Positions 1 to 16,779 of a stretch of 64,000 nt of DNA are shown here, piece by piece. The notes beneath the pieces were generated by a model. It did no database searches, was not told the origin of the DNA, and worked only from the letters and a program-made list of their open reading frames with translations. How positions within the stretch are numbered: the stretch's first letter is position 1; each line of letters opens with the position of its first letter. The DNA is from the human T2T-CHM13v2.0 reference genome, Homo sapiens. The DNA lies in assembly GCF_009914755.1 (NCBI RefSeq), contig NC_060926.1, one strand, 5' to 3'. The position numbers were made by a program, and so were the translations under genes.

Positions 1-1059
1 AGGAAAGATTTTAACAACTGTGCACAGCAGATTTCAGGATTCTCTCCACTGTATAATGATGCAGAAGGTATCTAGTAAATGTCTTAAAATAGGCATTTTT
101 TTTAAATCAGAAAGCTAATGAATAATTTTCATTATAATTTAAAGAGAAATTAGAAAAGAGAAATAATTTAAAGCCTACTTAATTCACTCTCATTTCTGAT
201 AATAAGTCATTCTCCACTGAGCCCTGTCTCTGCCCTTGCTTTTTAAAGGGATGTTTAGTACACAGTCCTTCTGATTGGGTAACCTAACTGGAGTTGTTAG
301 TTAAGTCATGAGAAAAGAAAATGAGGTCAAGATTCTTAAAGACCATTTACTTGCTGATCCAGAAGATCAGAGTTAAAGGGGCACTAAAATATATGAGAGC
401 GTGCTGGTGATTTGATTTAGTGTCTTCTTTTCCCCTCACATTGCATGAGTATCACTCATGAGTCAGAAAAAAAAAATGTTCCCAAAGAGAAAGGGCTTTT
501 GGGCATAGGCAAGGACGAGTTTCTACAGGGCACTCTTGTCGGAACTCGGGGACATTAGCTGGGATGGTCTAACATCCTTTCTGTCAATATGAACACACAG
601 ACTGCTCACCAATGCTAAAAAAAAGTAATGGGAAGGGTCTCTTGAAGATCTGGATAAGCTCTTGGTAGAACAATAGGCTTGAGCTCAGGTGCTGTCGTCC
701 AGTCATGAGTGCCAGGGTGTTTTCAGGAAGTCAGACTACTATCCTACCTGTAAATCTGCATAGTTGCAGTGAGGCCAGAGTTAGTCCAAGATAAACTATC
801 TCCGGAGTATTCATAACATGCAGGAAGGAATTGAAAATACATGTGCACTGAAGGGAGATCATTATGTCAGCCTTGTATAATTAGTGAATCATTGGGGTTC
901 AATCTTGATAGTTTAAGACAGATTGGAAGATTTCCATATGCCTAGTATATTCCATAAAAGTGAACTATAACAGAGAATCTGCTACAATATGTTTCTCCGA
1001 TGAGTCAGGCCTGTTTAGGGTAAGCTACACATAAGATAAAACATGTCGTCTTTGGAAGC

Positions 1060-1175
1060 ATTCAAGCTTGGAATGACTAGGGTTCATGTGTTGATTCTGG
1101 TACTTTGTAAGTGAACACCTCAGATGCATTAATTAAACACACCATTAAGAAATTCTTCATCTGTGAAATAAGATT
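1060..1175 (+). mobile_element. MIR fragment (highly diverged)
   Basis: MIR core-like 'ttcttcatctgtgaaaataaga' preceded by 'gggttcatgtgttgattctggtactt'. Confidence 0.45.
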
Positions 1176-3499
1176 AGTTCCAATTGTTTCCCTGCTGCAC
1201 ATGACATCAGTATTTCTCTTAAAGAAGAAATGTCTTTACTTAGAAACAGACTCTGATTGGGGTAGAGACAGTGAAGCTTTAAAAGCATGATATTGCAGGA
1301 GACGAGGGACGAAACTAACAGCTCATCTTCTCTGGTAAGTTGATGAGAATTGCCAAAGGATTTTATTTGTGTAACAGGAAAATATAATGTTTTGTTTTAA
1401 ATAATATTCTGTATAATCTTGCAATGAAGTGCTTGTCTCCGTTACCCCCATGAATTTCCTTTCTGTAAAAGCCTATTGCAAACTCTAGATATCCTATGAA
1501 TGGCAGTTTTTTGGAGGTTTTAGGAATGGAATCAAGAAGTAAAAACTGTATCCCAGGAGGAACTCACTAAATTAACAGAATAAAATGCATAACATAAAAT
1601 TGAGAATTCATGAAGAACATGAAATAACATCTGAAAGTGCTAGAATTAGAAGAAATGTTGGAAAAGGCACGGGCTTTCCATGTGAATAGGATGGAGCTTG
1701 AGATGATTCTCCTCCTGAGGTCACAAAGGAAAGGATGACACTGCTGACATCTTGATTAATTAGTTGATATGATATTGTAATCAAATACCAAATTAGATTT
1801 CATTACATAATGCATATATTTCTTCAACAACATGGCCACCATCTCCTTTCTCATAAATTTATTGCTTCTTTTTTTCACTTCCCCTGGATTTCTATGCCCA
1901 TATGCTAAGTATGGCTATTCATGACTTCTACTCTAAGATTCTTCTTGAATCTGCTCTTAGTGATAATGTGCCATTATGAAACTCTCAGAGTCTGTATAAT
2001 TGGTTAATATCTTCCTCAGAAATTTGTGAGGATTCCCTAAAATAAGATACAGGAAGAAAGCAAGCTGTAAAATACAGTTTTTATATTTAAACAACAGCTC
2101 ACAATTTTTCTAATAAAAGAATAAACTAAGGCAGAGAATAGTCTCTAAACAACCCCCTCTCCCTGTGGACAATGCAGCTGGAAAGAACCCTAGAGACTCC
2201 CCAGCACCGTCTTCATGTGACTCTGTTTAATTGCACACTAGAACTTGAACTCTGTCTTTCCCTGAGCTCTCTCTGCAGGAAGCTGTGTTCCCAGTGCCCG
2301 CAGACTGGGATGTGATGGTGGTGTGATGATAGACTAGAGATAGTCCTGGTCCCTAAACCCCATACGTCCAGATTGTCCTTCAAACGTGACTTTCCACTGA
2401 GTAGTTACCCATACATAGAGATAGATGCCAGGCATTTAGAGTAAGTGCTTGGATTGGCTAATCTATCTTCATTTGGTTGTCATGGGAGGACTTGAACTAT
2501 TTCAGAATTTACTGAATGTGAATAATGGCTTGATTTCCCTCATTTCTTTGTATGAGAATGTGGCAACTTCGATTTAAGATGGGTTGAGGGTGGGGTGGGG
2601 GGTGAAGCTTGCCTTTCCTCAGAATTTTTTCTGCTGTCGTTTAACTCAATTTCTCCTGATTGTGGTCAATGGCAACGACACATCTCTTTGATATCCTTTT
2701 ATATATGTGTTGACAGCTTTGATGTTTCCACTTTGTCTTCCTGTATCCCCCAGACTGCGCACATACAGTTCTCTTAACCTTCCCACACAGATCTTATTTT
2801 GTAAATTTTCTACCATCTCGTAGCTAGCTTCAAAGCATCCCATCTGTTTCCTCTGAAGAAAATCCATAAAGAAAATCAAAAGGGCAAGTAGAAATAAAAG
2901 GGCAAATATATATTTATAGTTTCTTCCATCTACTTCATTTTTCTCATTTGCCCATTAGCAAGAAAGGTGTACAAAAAAGAAATAAACCTGATATTCAAAC
3001 CAGCAGTTGATCTTGTGCTATGCGACAGCATGGCTAAGCCAGGTGCTTCCTTCTGAAACATTACTACTAAGCTTTGGTGCACAGTACAGTAAATTCAATG
3101 CCCGAGTTAAAAAATAAAAAGTTTCTTACTTCATTGGTACAGAGCTCATTGCACTAGATCTAATCTTCTTGATGTCGATATGAACAGGAGTATGGATGAC
3201 ATGTCTTTTTTTAAAACTTTAGTTTAGATAAATACAAGATAACCATAAAACCAAGCTTTACCAAGATTTTTCTGGGAGACTAAATAGATTTTGAAGCCAC
3301 TCAAGTATTTTGCATCAAGTTGAGTCTTGCCATGAAGCTTACTTAAGATTGAACTACCCACAATGGAAAAGTGTTACATACACACTCATATACACAAACA
3401 TATAATCTCTACTCATTATTTAGTCCTTCTGTGTCATGTTCAATAATGGATTTATAAGGTGTTGCTCTCTGAGGTTGAGGTGTTGGTTGTTTCTGCCAT

Positions 3500-3792
3500 C
3501 TTTTTTGTTTGTTTGTTTGCGATGGATTCCTGCTCTGTCACCCAGACCGGAGTGCAATGGCTTGATCTCCTCTCATCGAAACCTCCACCTCCTGGGTTCA
3601 AGCAATTCTCGTGTCTCAGCCTCCCAAGCAGCTGAGACAACAGGCGCTTGCCACCATGCCCAGCTAATTGTTGTGTTTTTAGTAGAGATGGGATTTCACC
3701 ATGTTGGCCAGGCTGGTTCTGACCTCAGATGATTCACTCATCTCAGCCTCCCAAAGTGATGGGATTACAGACATAAGCCACTGCACCAGACC
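3500..3792 (-). mobile_element. Alu (AluS/J-type), full length
   Basis: (TTTG)n tail followed by the reverse complement of both Alu arms, ending 'ccactgcaccagacc'. Confidence 0.95.
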
Positions 3793-5689
3793 TTGCTAAC
3801 CCTTTTTTTTTTTTAATGTATTTTACTGGGAATGCTATATACTTCATCTGTGTCCTGATATTATGTTGGTGATATTGTCCAATACCAGTTTAACAACAAT
3901 AAGAGAAAAATAAAAAATACTGTGTTTTTGACAAAATCAGTGTTGTTAATGTTAATTTACTTAGTGTTGGCATTTCCATTGTGGACTTTCTCCACCAGAG
4001 ATTTTAAGAACTCTTAGAATAGGAATTTATTTTTTTCATTTCTCTTTTCTAAGAATATGTAAGAATGGCAAGCAAAATCTTTGATTTTGATTATAATACT
4101 AGGGTGCTTTCAAGAAATGGGTTAGTATAATTTTGAATTGTTTGAATCAGTACAATGAATACAGAAAAATGAAAGATTAATTCCAGAATTAAATTGATTT
4201 GTAGGAAAATAATTCCCTCCCCATTCCACCCTTCCCAAAAATAGCAGATAAGTGAAAACTTACTAATTTACATGATGTTCTATATAACTATGCATAAATT
4301 TAGAATATGTTTTTCCCCCAATTTGGTATCAATAAAATTTTTAAGTGATCTTTGTTAACTTATTTGAATGCTCTACAATAAGAAAAATATAAAAGTGAAA
4401 ACCAAACCTGTGCTAGTTTTTCAAGGTAACTCATCATTTTTCTTACCTTTATGTTACTTCTTTACACTGTGAACATCTGAGATAAATCTAGGTAATATTG
4501 TAGTATAGCAGAAATGTGATTATTTAGATAACCTCACTGCTGCAGATCCCATATACCAATGCCTGAAATTGCATTAATGACATGTAATCACTTATTTCTC
4601 CATCATAGATAAGGTTTGAAATGTAAATACCTTGGAAGAGGGTATATATTGATTTTAATTTGTGTGAAAATAAATAGGTAGTCTTAGATACTTTTTTGAA
4701 TGTTTATTTTCAAACAAAGAATGAAGAGAAAAAATACGGGCAAAAGGGTGGAGTGTATCGCAGAAGGAGAAAGAACACAGAGAAACGATCTTGAAGGCAC
4801 TGAGTTGCTTCTTTTCCTATTCCACATTAATACGAAGGCCACCCTAATGAAGACCCTCTCTCAAAGCTGACCTGGTATATTTTCACTCTACTTGAACCCT
4901 CGGGAGTGATGCCACAGATAAGCCATTACCTGCTTTTAAAAGTTAATTTATTTTCTAACTAGAATTTTAAAAATATTCAGACTATTAAACATAGGGCAGT
5001 GTGCCATCTGGGACAGCCTGACCCACTATATAAATTCTAGGAGTTGATTAGCCGGAAGATTCTCTTTCTGTTTGGGGTTATTGTAGGCATCAGTACAGGA
5101 ATATTTTTTCAATAATGAGTAGAATCATGTCTCAATTGTTTACTTGTCAGGATCAACTTGACTGCTTTCTGAAGATCACTGTGACACGGTAAATGTGAGA
5201 AAAGTAAAGGAAATTCTCAAAAAGAAATGGTTTAAAGCCTGAGTTTTTGTCAGTCACTTAAAAGTAAAAATAAAATCCATATACATATTTTTAATATGTA
5301 CAAAATACCAAATTTGATTTTATGCTAAACTGAGCATCCTTATGGGATTAAATAGTTTGGCTGGTAATTTTTGATATTACATAATTTTTTTTATTTTAAC
5401 TTTTTGTGTGTCTGGTTAAAACTCTCAAATGTCATCACATATTTTAACACATTGTCTTGTCCTTATATTATCTCATCATTTCTAAAATCATCAAGAATGA
5501 AGAGAATAATTGATTTTCTTAGTCATATTCCCTCCACCCCAAGGGAATGTATAAATGCTTCAACCTTCCATTTTAAAATTTTAGGAAAGTCTTTTAATTA
5601 TCTCAAACTTGGAACTTAATTAATAATCTTTTACCTCATAATTAGCTCATTGCTTTATCAGATATACATGTATTTGCTAACTCATGATT

Positions 5690-6110
5690 GGAACATTTGT
5701 TCTAGTTATTGTTTTAGGTGCTGCAGAGGAAAGGGTGAATAACACATGCATTCAGCCCTCCATCAGCTTGCAGTCTTTGAGAGAAAAACATTTATGAAAA
5801 TTATGAAACCGTACTACCACAGTGCTTAAAAAGAAAATCTGTGTGGGATCTTCCTAGAAGAATGTGTACAAATCCGGAGGAAAAGCCATCAAATTCAGTC
5901 TCAGGTGTAGTAAACTAGGCTGAAAAAATCTGTAAGGTAAAGTGATGTAAATGACGTCTTCATCTTGAAGTGCAAATGCAAATAAGAGCTGCAGACCAGT
6001 TGGGAGGTTACTACAATAGCACAAGAGACAAATGGTAGTATGTTTCATACCATGGTGATACTTAAGCTGGGGAGATTTATACTGAGATAGCTTTGGTAAT
6101 GCATTCATTA
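5690..6110 (-). mobile_element. L2 fragment
   Basis: Antisense L2-like motifs 'cagccctccatcagcttgcagtct' and 'gggaggttactacaatagcacaagagacaaatg'. Confidence 0.55.
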
Positions 6111-6111
6111 A

Positions 6112-6421
<310 letters not shown>

Positions 6422-6753
6422 TCAAGGGGTACATATTCTTAATTAAATAATATAATCATAAATAAGCAGAATTCAAGCTCTGAGTTTCTAGTATTTATTA
6501 AGAAACTATGCTATATTATGCACAGAAATGTTTATTATGAAATAGGAAATATAATATGAATACTTACTCAGAATATAATAAATGATCATCATAAGTAGGT
6601 TCAAAAGCTATAAATCTCCTATAATTTCTCCAACCTCTAGATGGACTCTGAGGCAAGATGGCTGTGAATGACTACAGAGCTTTCTTTCTTTTGGGCAACC
6701 TATGTTGGAAAATTTTGTTAAATACATTTTTATCTTGGACAGTTAAAACCCTA

Positions 6754-7107
<354 letters not shown>

Positions 7108-7649
7108 TTATCTTGGACAGCTAAAATCCTAAATAAATTTATTTGTAGAAAAATAAACTTTAGTATATTTTAAAAATTTCTTTATGACTATCAAATAAAA
7201 GTACATATACTAATTATAAATAATTTAAACAATAGACCAAAGTTGAAGGATAGTATTAAAAATAATTTATCTCTTAATAAAATTTACTTCAGGTATATTT
7301 ATATTGATGGAGAGAGAATAAAAGAGAGTAAGAGAAAAAGAAAGTTATACAGACACTCAATATCGAATCATATCATACTAAATAAAATGTATTCATTTTA
7401 AGTCTTCCCAAGTTTACCAAGAAAAAGAGAAATTATAGTGAAATTAAAAACATTGCTGAGCTTTTAATAATTAATTATTCATCTAAGAAATGAAACAAAA
7501 CAAAACAAACTCCGTCAGATCTTTGGAAAGTTCATCCTACAAGTTTCTGGGAACTTTATCATTTGGCAATTATTTCTTCATCCAGAAACAGATATGCTTG
7601 ATTATTCTTTGCATTCTTTGTGCATGACATTTCAATTTGTTAACTGCTT

Positions 7650-7690
7650 TGTCACATCACTTATCTATTTATGCGTTAATAAAACACCTT
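7650..7690 (-). mobile_element. MLT1 LTR, left terminal piece (resumes at 7922-7941 and 10471-10828)
   Basis: 'ttatctatttatgcgttaataaaacacc' resembles the antisense MLT1 terminus 'ttatctattgctgcgtaacaaa..accc'. Confidence 0.55.
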
Positions 7691-7896
7691 GTTGGGCATG
7701 ATGGCTCACGCCTGTCATCCCAGCACTTTGGGAGGCTGAAGTGGGTGGATCACTTAAGCCCAAGAGGTCGAGACCAACCTGGCCAAAATGGTGAAATCCC
7801 GCCTCTACTAAAAATACAAAAATTAACCCGGCATAGTGGCACGCACGTGTAGTCCCAGCTACTCTGGAGGCTGAGAAAGGAGAATCGCTTGAACCC
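7691..7896 (+). mobile_element. Alu (J/S-type), 3'-truncated, with TSD
   Basis: Alu sequence runs to 'gaatcgcttgaaccc' and stops. Direct repeat aataaaa(a)cacctt at 7678-7690 and 7908-7921. Confidence 0.93.
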
Positions 7897-7941
7897 TCCC
7901 AGCCCCCAATAAAAACACCTTAAAGCAAAACCCAACAGTTT

Positions 7942-9330
<1,389 letters not shown>

Positions 9331-9377
9331 AAAATAACATTTTTAAAATAAAAATTAAATTAAAAATTAAAAAATCA

Positions 9378-9600
9378 GAGTCTTTTGAGCCAGATCCAGT
9401 TGACTACACATTCCAGATCCACAAATTACTTATTATGTTGCTTTGGGAAAGTCACTTCATATCTCTAAACTTACATTTCTTCATATGTAAAGAATAACAG
9501 TACTACTTTATTGGGTTTTTGGGATGATTGAGGAGATAATTTATGTGAAATGCTTAAAATAGGGTGTGCATTATGCACATTCTATTAATGTTACATATCA
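9378..9600 (+). mobile_element. MIR
   Basis: MIR core 'ctttgggaaagtcacttcatatctctaaacttacatttcttcatatgtaaa...gagataatttatgtgaaatgctta'. Confidence 0.8.
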
Positions 9601-9775
9601 GAGTAGAGTTTATATGTTTATTTCCTACTATCTTTCAATGGGCATGCCCTCAGTATAACATTATATTCCACAGATGTTTAATTTTATGTCTTTTTTCAAG
9701 AGCAGTTAGGTAGTGAACAACACGCTGAAGAATTTGATATGGATTGCTAAATGCCCATGTGAAACATAGCTTATA

Positions 9776-9902
9776 GGAGGCTGAGGCAGGTGGATCGCTT
9801 GATGCCAGGAGTTAGAGACCAGACTGGTAACATGGTGAAACCCATTCTCTACTAAAAATACAAAAATTAGCTGAGTGTGGTGACACATACCTGTAGTCCC
9901 AG
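9776..9902 (+). mobile_element. Alu internal fragment fused to L1
   Basis: 'ggaggctgaggcaggtggatcgcttga...cctgtagtcccag' joined directly to L1 sequence. Confidence 0.9.
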
Positions 9903-10452
9903 AAATACCATTTGATGCAGCAATCCCATTACTGATTATATACCCCCCAAAAGTATAAACCATTCTATAACAAAGATGCATGCATGTGTATCTTCATATC
10001 AGAGCTACTAACAATAGCAAAGGCATGGAAGCAAACCAAATGCCCATCAGTGATAGACTGGATAAAGAAAATATGGTACACATACACCATAGAATACTAT
10101 GCAGCCATAAAAAGAAATGAGATCATGTCCTTTGCAGGGACATGGATGGAACCAAAAGCCATTATCTTCAGCAAACTAACGCAGGAACAGAAAACCAAAC
10201 ACCACATGTTCTCACTTATAAGTGGGAGCTGAACAATGAGATCACATGGACACAAAGAGGGGAACAACACACACTGGGGCCTGTCAGGGGGTGTGGTGGG
10301 GGGAGGGAAAGCATTAGGAAAAGTAGCTAATCCAAGCTGGACTTAGTACCTAGGTGATGAGTTGATAGGTGCAGCAAACCTCCATGGCACACATTCACCT
10401 GTGTAACAAACCTGCACATCCTGTACCCCAGAAACTTAAAATAAAAATAAAA
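9901..10452 (+). mobile_element. L1PA (older, about PA10-16) ORF2 end + 3'UTR + A-rich tail
   Basis: Starts 'agaaataccatttga'. ORF ends 'HMFSLISGS'. 3'UTR 'acctaggtgatgagttgataggtgcagcaaac', then an A-rich tail. Confidence 0.93.
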
Positions 10453-10470
10453 TTTTTAAAAAACCAGTTT

Positions 10471-10828
10471 ATTATTTCTCACAGTTCTGTCAGTGAGAAG
10501 GGCATTCTTCTGCTAGTTTCCCGTGGACTCACACATGTGACACCCTTCAGCTGGAGAATCCACTGAACCTCTCTCCTCATGTGGTCATTGTTCCTTAAGG
10601 CCACTGGACAAGACTGGAATTTCTCAGCTGGTGGCATCTGTAGTACCAGAGTGCAGTCCATAATGTGCAAACACTTACCAAGCCTCTGCTTGCGTCATGT
10701 TTGCCCATGTCTCATTGGTCAAGCAAGTCCCATGGCCAAACCCAGGATACTACGAAAGGGACTACATAAGGGCAAGAATATTGAAAGTGGGATTGATTGG
10801 TGGGACAACTGATGATATAATCTACCTC
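10471..10828 (-). mobile_element. MLT1 (G/H-like) LTR, main part
   Basis: 'attatttctcacagttctg', 'cattggtcaagcaagtcccatggccaaacccag', and terminal 'taatctacc'. Confidence 0.8.
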
Positions 10829-11146
10829 CTTTTTAATAAATAGTACACGCACATTCTAATTCAAATTTTAAAGTAAGATAGACTGTGCATCTTTGCCACT
10901 TTAAAAAATATCTTAGATAGGTAAGCTCTTTTTTTTTTTTTTTTTAGTTTCCTTTAAAAAGGAGTTAAAGCAAACTGCTGTCAGTCATCTGGGTTACCAA
11001 AGAGGGTATCTCATCGTTGTCTCATCTCTTTAGAAAAGGCCATCTGTCTGCACACCTTCAGTGGAGGGTCTCAGCATATCTTGATGTAGGACAGAGTGAA
11101 GTTTTCCAAGCTATGTTTTTTTTATTGAAAATATTAAAATATGACA

Positions 11147-11392
11147 ATCTTCTTCTTCTTCTTCTCCTTCTTTTTTTTTTGAGACGGGGTCTTGCTCTGT
11201 CACTTAGGCTGGAGTGCAGTGGCACGATCTCGGCTCACTGCAATCTCTGCCTCCCAGGCTCAAGCCATCCTTCCACTTCAGCCTCCCAAGTAGCTGAGAC
11301 TATAGGTATTTTCCACCATGCCCAGCTTTCACCATGTTGCCCAGGCTGGTCTCAAATTTCTAGCCTTGAGTGAGCCACCCATCTCCATCTCC
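11147..11392 (-). mobile_element. AluJ with internal deletion of the central linker, 5'-truncated
   Basis: (CTT)n/T tail. 'ccatgcccagct' joins directly to 'ttcaccatgttgcccagg'. Confidence 0.9.
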
Positions 11393-11690
11393 TATAAACT
11401 ATGTTTTAATTTAAGATAATATCCATTGATCACTGTTATGAAGGTTAGGGAAGTGATCCTCTTCCAATTCTTCCGCCACTTCTTTCTTTACTTCCTGATT
11501 CTTATTAGTTATATTACCATTATTACTCAATTATATATATCATTAATATTCTCTAAATTATGTTCTCGAAGTTTGTAATTTTACTTAGCATTTCTTTCAG
11601 AAAGTTTAGTATAGAAGAGCCCAAGCCCTGAAGTCGGAATACTTGGGAGTAAAATCCCTCTTCCACTTCTTCTTAACTGTTTATATTTGG

Positions 11691-11696
<6 letters not shown>

Positions 11697-11722
<26 letters not shown>
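11697..11722. repeat. (CA)n microsatellite
   Basis: Direct reading. Confidence 0.95.
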
Positions 11723-11723
<1 letters not shown>

Positions 11724-12049
11724 GAATGATGCATGCATATATATAGCTAGATATAATTGTGTTGATATACATAGATATGTATATATTTGTGTGTACATGT
11801 ACACATAAAGTTTTTCCATCATAATAAGTGATCAAATACTATTCTATATTTCCATTATAGTGTGCAGACAACTGATTCTTACCAGTGGCTCTTGTACCCC
11901 AATACTTTTTACCTTTAAATATGTTTAATTTGATTCATGTCTTAATTGGTTGAATTTCAACTTTAAGAAATTTACCCAAAGAATACTCATAATGGCAGCT
12001 ATCATATTACCTTGTATATGATGGGAGCTTGGTAAATATTTGTTGAATA

Positions 12050-12696
<647 letters not shown>

Positions 12697-12852
12697 TAGA
12701 TTATCTTTTCTTCTGAAGACTGGCCTTTTTCTGTCATAAAATGTTTCTGGTAACAAATTTTTCAGTTAATATCTGCCCATTTGTTGGGCGTTAGGCCTCA
12801 GAAACACCAGTTGTCTTTGTGTTGGGTCCTTTCTGCCTCTTCTTCATAACTA

Positions 12853-13236
<384 letters not shown>

Positions 13237-15581
13237 TTAGAATTATGACTTTCAGCCTTGTCTCTTTGTTATTTTAAAACTATTTATTAGGCTTTAAAAA
13301 TAATACTCTTATATTTTCAATTAGCAATCTCTTCTATTATCTTTATGTTGTTTTTTGCATAGTTTTTAGTCCTTATTTTAGTTAGATTGTTTTTATTAAA
13401 ATTTCCTATGACTTAGTGAACTTCTGAGTGATGTTTTTGCTTCTCATGTTAAGTTTTGATCTTTGATATACTTGCAGAATGTCATGCCGTTTCTCATCAA
13501 CTTGCTCATGCTTATTAAATTCTCCTGCAATTGTATTTGCTGTGTAAAGTGTGGCAGTTTTCTAAAATTTATCTTTATTTTGTTTGAGAAGACTTTGATT
13601 CCCCACTAATTTTAGTTTGAGAGTAAGGAAATTTATTGTTCTTTCTACTCTTTTTCCTTTCTTCACTTATTTGGGTCAGAGGAAGCCTCATTGAATGCCA
13701 GGACTTTCACCATTACCTAGTACGAATTGTCTATCCTACTAGTGGTAGTGGAGACCATTTAGGAAGCAATGCTAAATGTGTATGCTCAAAACAGTAGAAC
13801 TACAAAATAGATGAAGAAAACCTGAGAGGACTGAAAGAATAAACAAATGCACGACTATAATTGGAGAAGTTAACAACTGGTAGACCCAAAATAGGAAAGG
13901 ATGCAGAATAACTCAGTAACACCATCAAATAAAAAGTATTTAATGAACATTTTTAGAGCACTCCACCGAACAGCATCAGAATACACATTTCTTTCAAGTG
14001 TCCAGGAAAGATATGCCAAGATAAATCACATCCTGGGGCATGAAACAAACCTCAACAAATTTAAAAGAATTGAAAGCATACAGAGTACGTTCTTTAAACA
14101 CCTTGAAATCAATAACAAAGATAAAGGATAAATCTTCAAATGCTAGAAATTAAACAATATACATCTAAATAATCCATGAATAAACAAGGAAGTCTCAATG
14201 GAAATAAAAAATTACATTGCCTGAATGAAAATAAAAATAAAAAATATTTAAATTTGTAGGGCAAAGTTAACCGGTATTGGGACGAAAATTTACACCACTG
14301 AATGCATACATTAGTAAAGAGAAAATGCCTTAAATCAATAGTCTAAACTCCCACCTCAAGAACCTAATAAATAAATAAATAAATAAGTAAGTAAAATAAA
14401 CCCCGACCAATCAGAAGGAAAAAAGAAATGATAAGGAAGGGAGATAGCAGAAATTAATGAAATTGAAACAAAAAATAAATAACAGAGAGAAACAACGAAA
14501 CAGCTAGCTGGTTCTTAAAAAGATTGATAAAATTCACAAACCACTACTAAGACAGAGAAAAAAGAGAGTAGAAAAAATTACCAGTATCACAAATGAAACA
14601 GGGACATCACTATAGACTTTACAGACACCAAAAGGATAACAAAGAAATACTTTATAACTCTATAAATGTGAATTTAGCAATTTTGGTGAAATGAGCTAGT
14701 TCCTAGAAAAACACAAACTACTGCAATTCATGCAATATAAAATCAATAAGTTAAATAGTCCTATAACTGTTAAGGAAATTAAAATTTTAATTTAAAAAAT
14801 ACACCAAAAAATCTAGGTTCAGAAGGTTTCATTGAAGAATTATTTCAAATGTTTAAAAAATTAATATCAATTCTATACAATCTCTTTCTGAAAATAAGAG
14901 TAAAGAATACTCCAAATTCATTTTATTAAGCTAGAATTATCCTGAAGCCAAAACCATACAAAGACATAGAAAATACAAAGACAAAAGAAAATAGAAACTA
15001 CAGACCACTATCTGTCTTGAATATAGACACAAAAATCCTGAGTAAAATATTAGCAAATATAAATCAGTAATATATTAAAAAAAACCATGATTAAGTGGAT
15101 TTTAATCTAGAGATACAAGGCTGGCTTGATTTTGAAAATAAAGTAATGTAAACCACCATATTAACAAGCTAAAGCAGAAAACTCTCATGTTCATATCAGT
15201 TGATTCCAAATATATACATACATGTATGTGTGTAAGTGTTTCAATGTTTTTGCCAAATTCAACATTAATCATGATATAAACTCTCAGAAAAATGGGAATA
15301 GAGAACTTCCTGAACTTTATAGAGAACATCTATAAAAAACCTGCAGTTAACATCTACCAATGGTAAAAGACTGAATGTTCTCTCCTCAGATAAACAGCAA
15401 GGCTAGCGTGTCTGCTTTTATTCAGCCATTCTTATTTAACATAGGACAGGAAGTTCTAGCCAGTACAATAGAGAAAAGAAAGGAATAAAAAGCATGTTCA
15501 TTGGAAAAGACAAAATAAACAGTGTCCATTTGCAGATGACATATTTGCCTACATAGAAGATCTCAAGAAATTGTGAAAAAC

Positions 15582-15922
<341 letters not shown>

Positions 15923-16167
15923 TCAGTAGTGTTACAGAATGCAAGATAAACATACAAAGCTGAACTGAACTTTTATATACCAGTAATAGACATGTTGACA
16001 ATGAAATTAAAATGTCATTTTCAATCACTCAAGAAAAGAAAATACTTACGAGCAAATCTAACAAAACATGAGCAGGAGTGTATGCGGCAAACTGGAATGT
16101 TGATGAAAGAAATCAAAGGAAATGTAAGTAAATATAGAGGGATTTCATAGATTATAAGACTCAACAT

Positions 16168-16390
16168 CCAGCCTGTGCAACATTGTGAAACCCTGTATCT
16201 ACAAAAAATACAAAAATTAGCTGGGCATGGTGGCATGCACCTGTCTGTAGTCCCGGCTCTTCAGGATGCTAACGTGGGAGGATCACTTGACCTTGGGAGG
16301 TTGAGGCTGCAGTGAGCCTGACCACACCACTGCACTCCAGGCTGAAAGACAGAGTAAAACCCTGTTTCAAAAAAAAAAAAAAAAAAAAAA
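16168..16390 (+). mobile_element. 5'-truncated AluJ nested in L1MC
   Basis: 'gggaggatcacttga' J-type right arm and poly-A. TSD aaga(c/t)tcaacat at 16156-16167 and 16391-16402. Confidence 0.93.
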
Positions 16391-16702
16391 AAGATTCAAC
16401 ATAGTAAAGATGACAATTTCCCCAAATATATATATATATAGGTTTTAAATAATTCTTATCGAAATCTCACCAAGATTTTTGATGATATAGAAAATATAAT
16501 TCTAAAATTTATATTAAAAGACAAAGAAGCTTTAATAGCTAAAACAATTTTGAAAAAAAAGAAAAAAAATCAAGTGGGAGGAATCCTTCGACCTAAGATG
16601 CATTTTATAGCTACACTAATCAAGACTATGTAGTATTAGTGGAATGAAATACACAGAGACAAATGGAGTGAAACAGAGAATGCAGAAATACAGTATATTT
16701 CC

Positions 16703-16779
16703 ATATATATATACCCAATTAATTTATATATATATACACCCAATTAATTTATATATATATATATACACCCAATTAATTT
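16703..16779. repeat. Three-copy minisatellite (AT)n-(ac)acccaattaattt
   Basis: Three units of 23-29 bp read directly. Confidence 0.9.
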
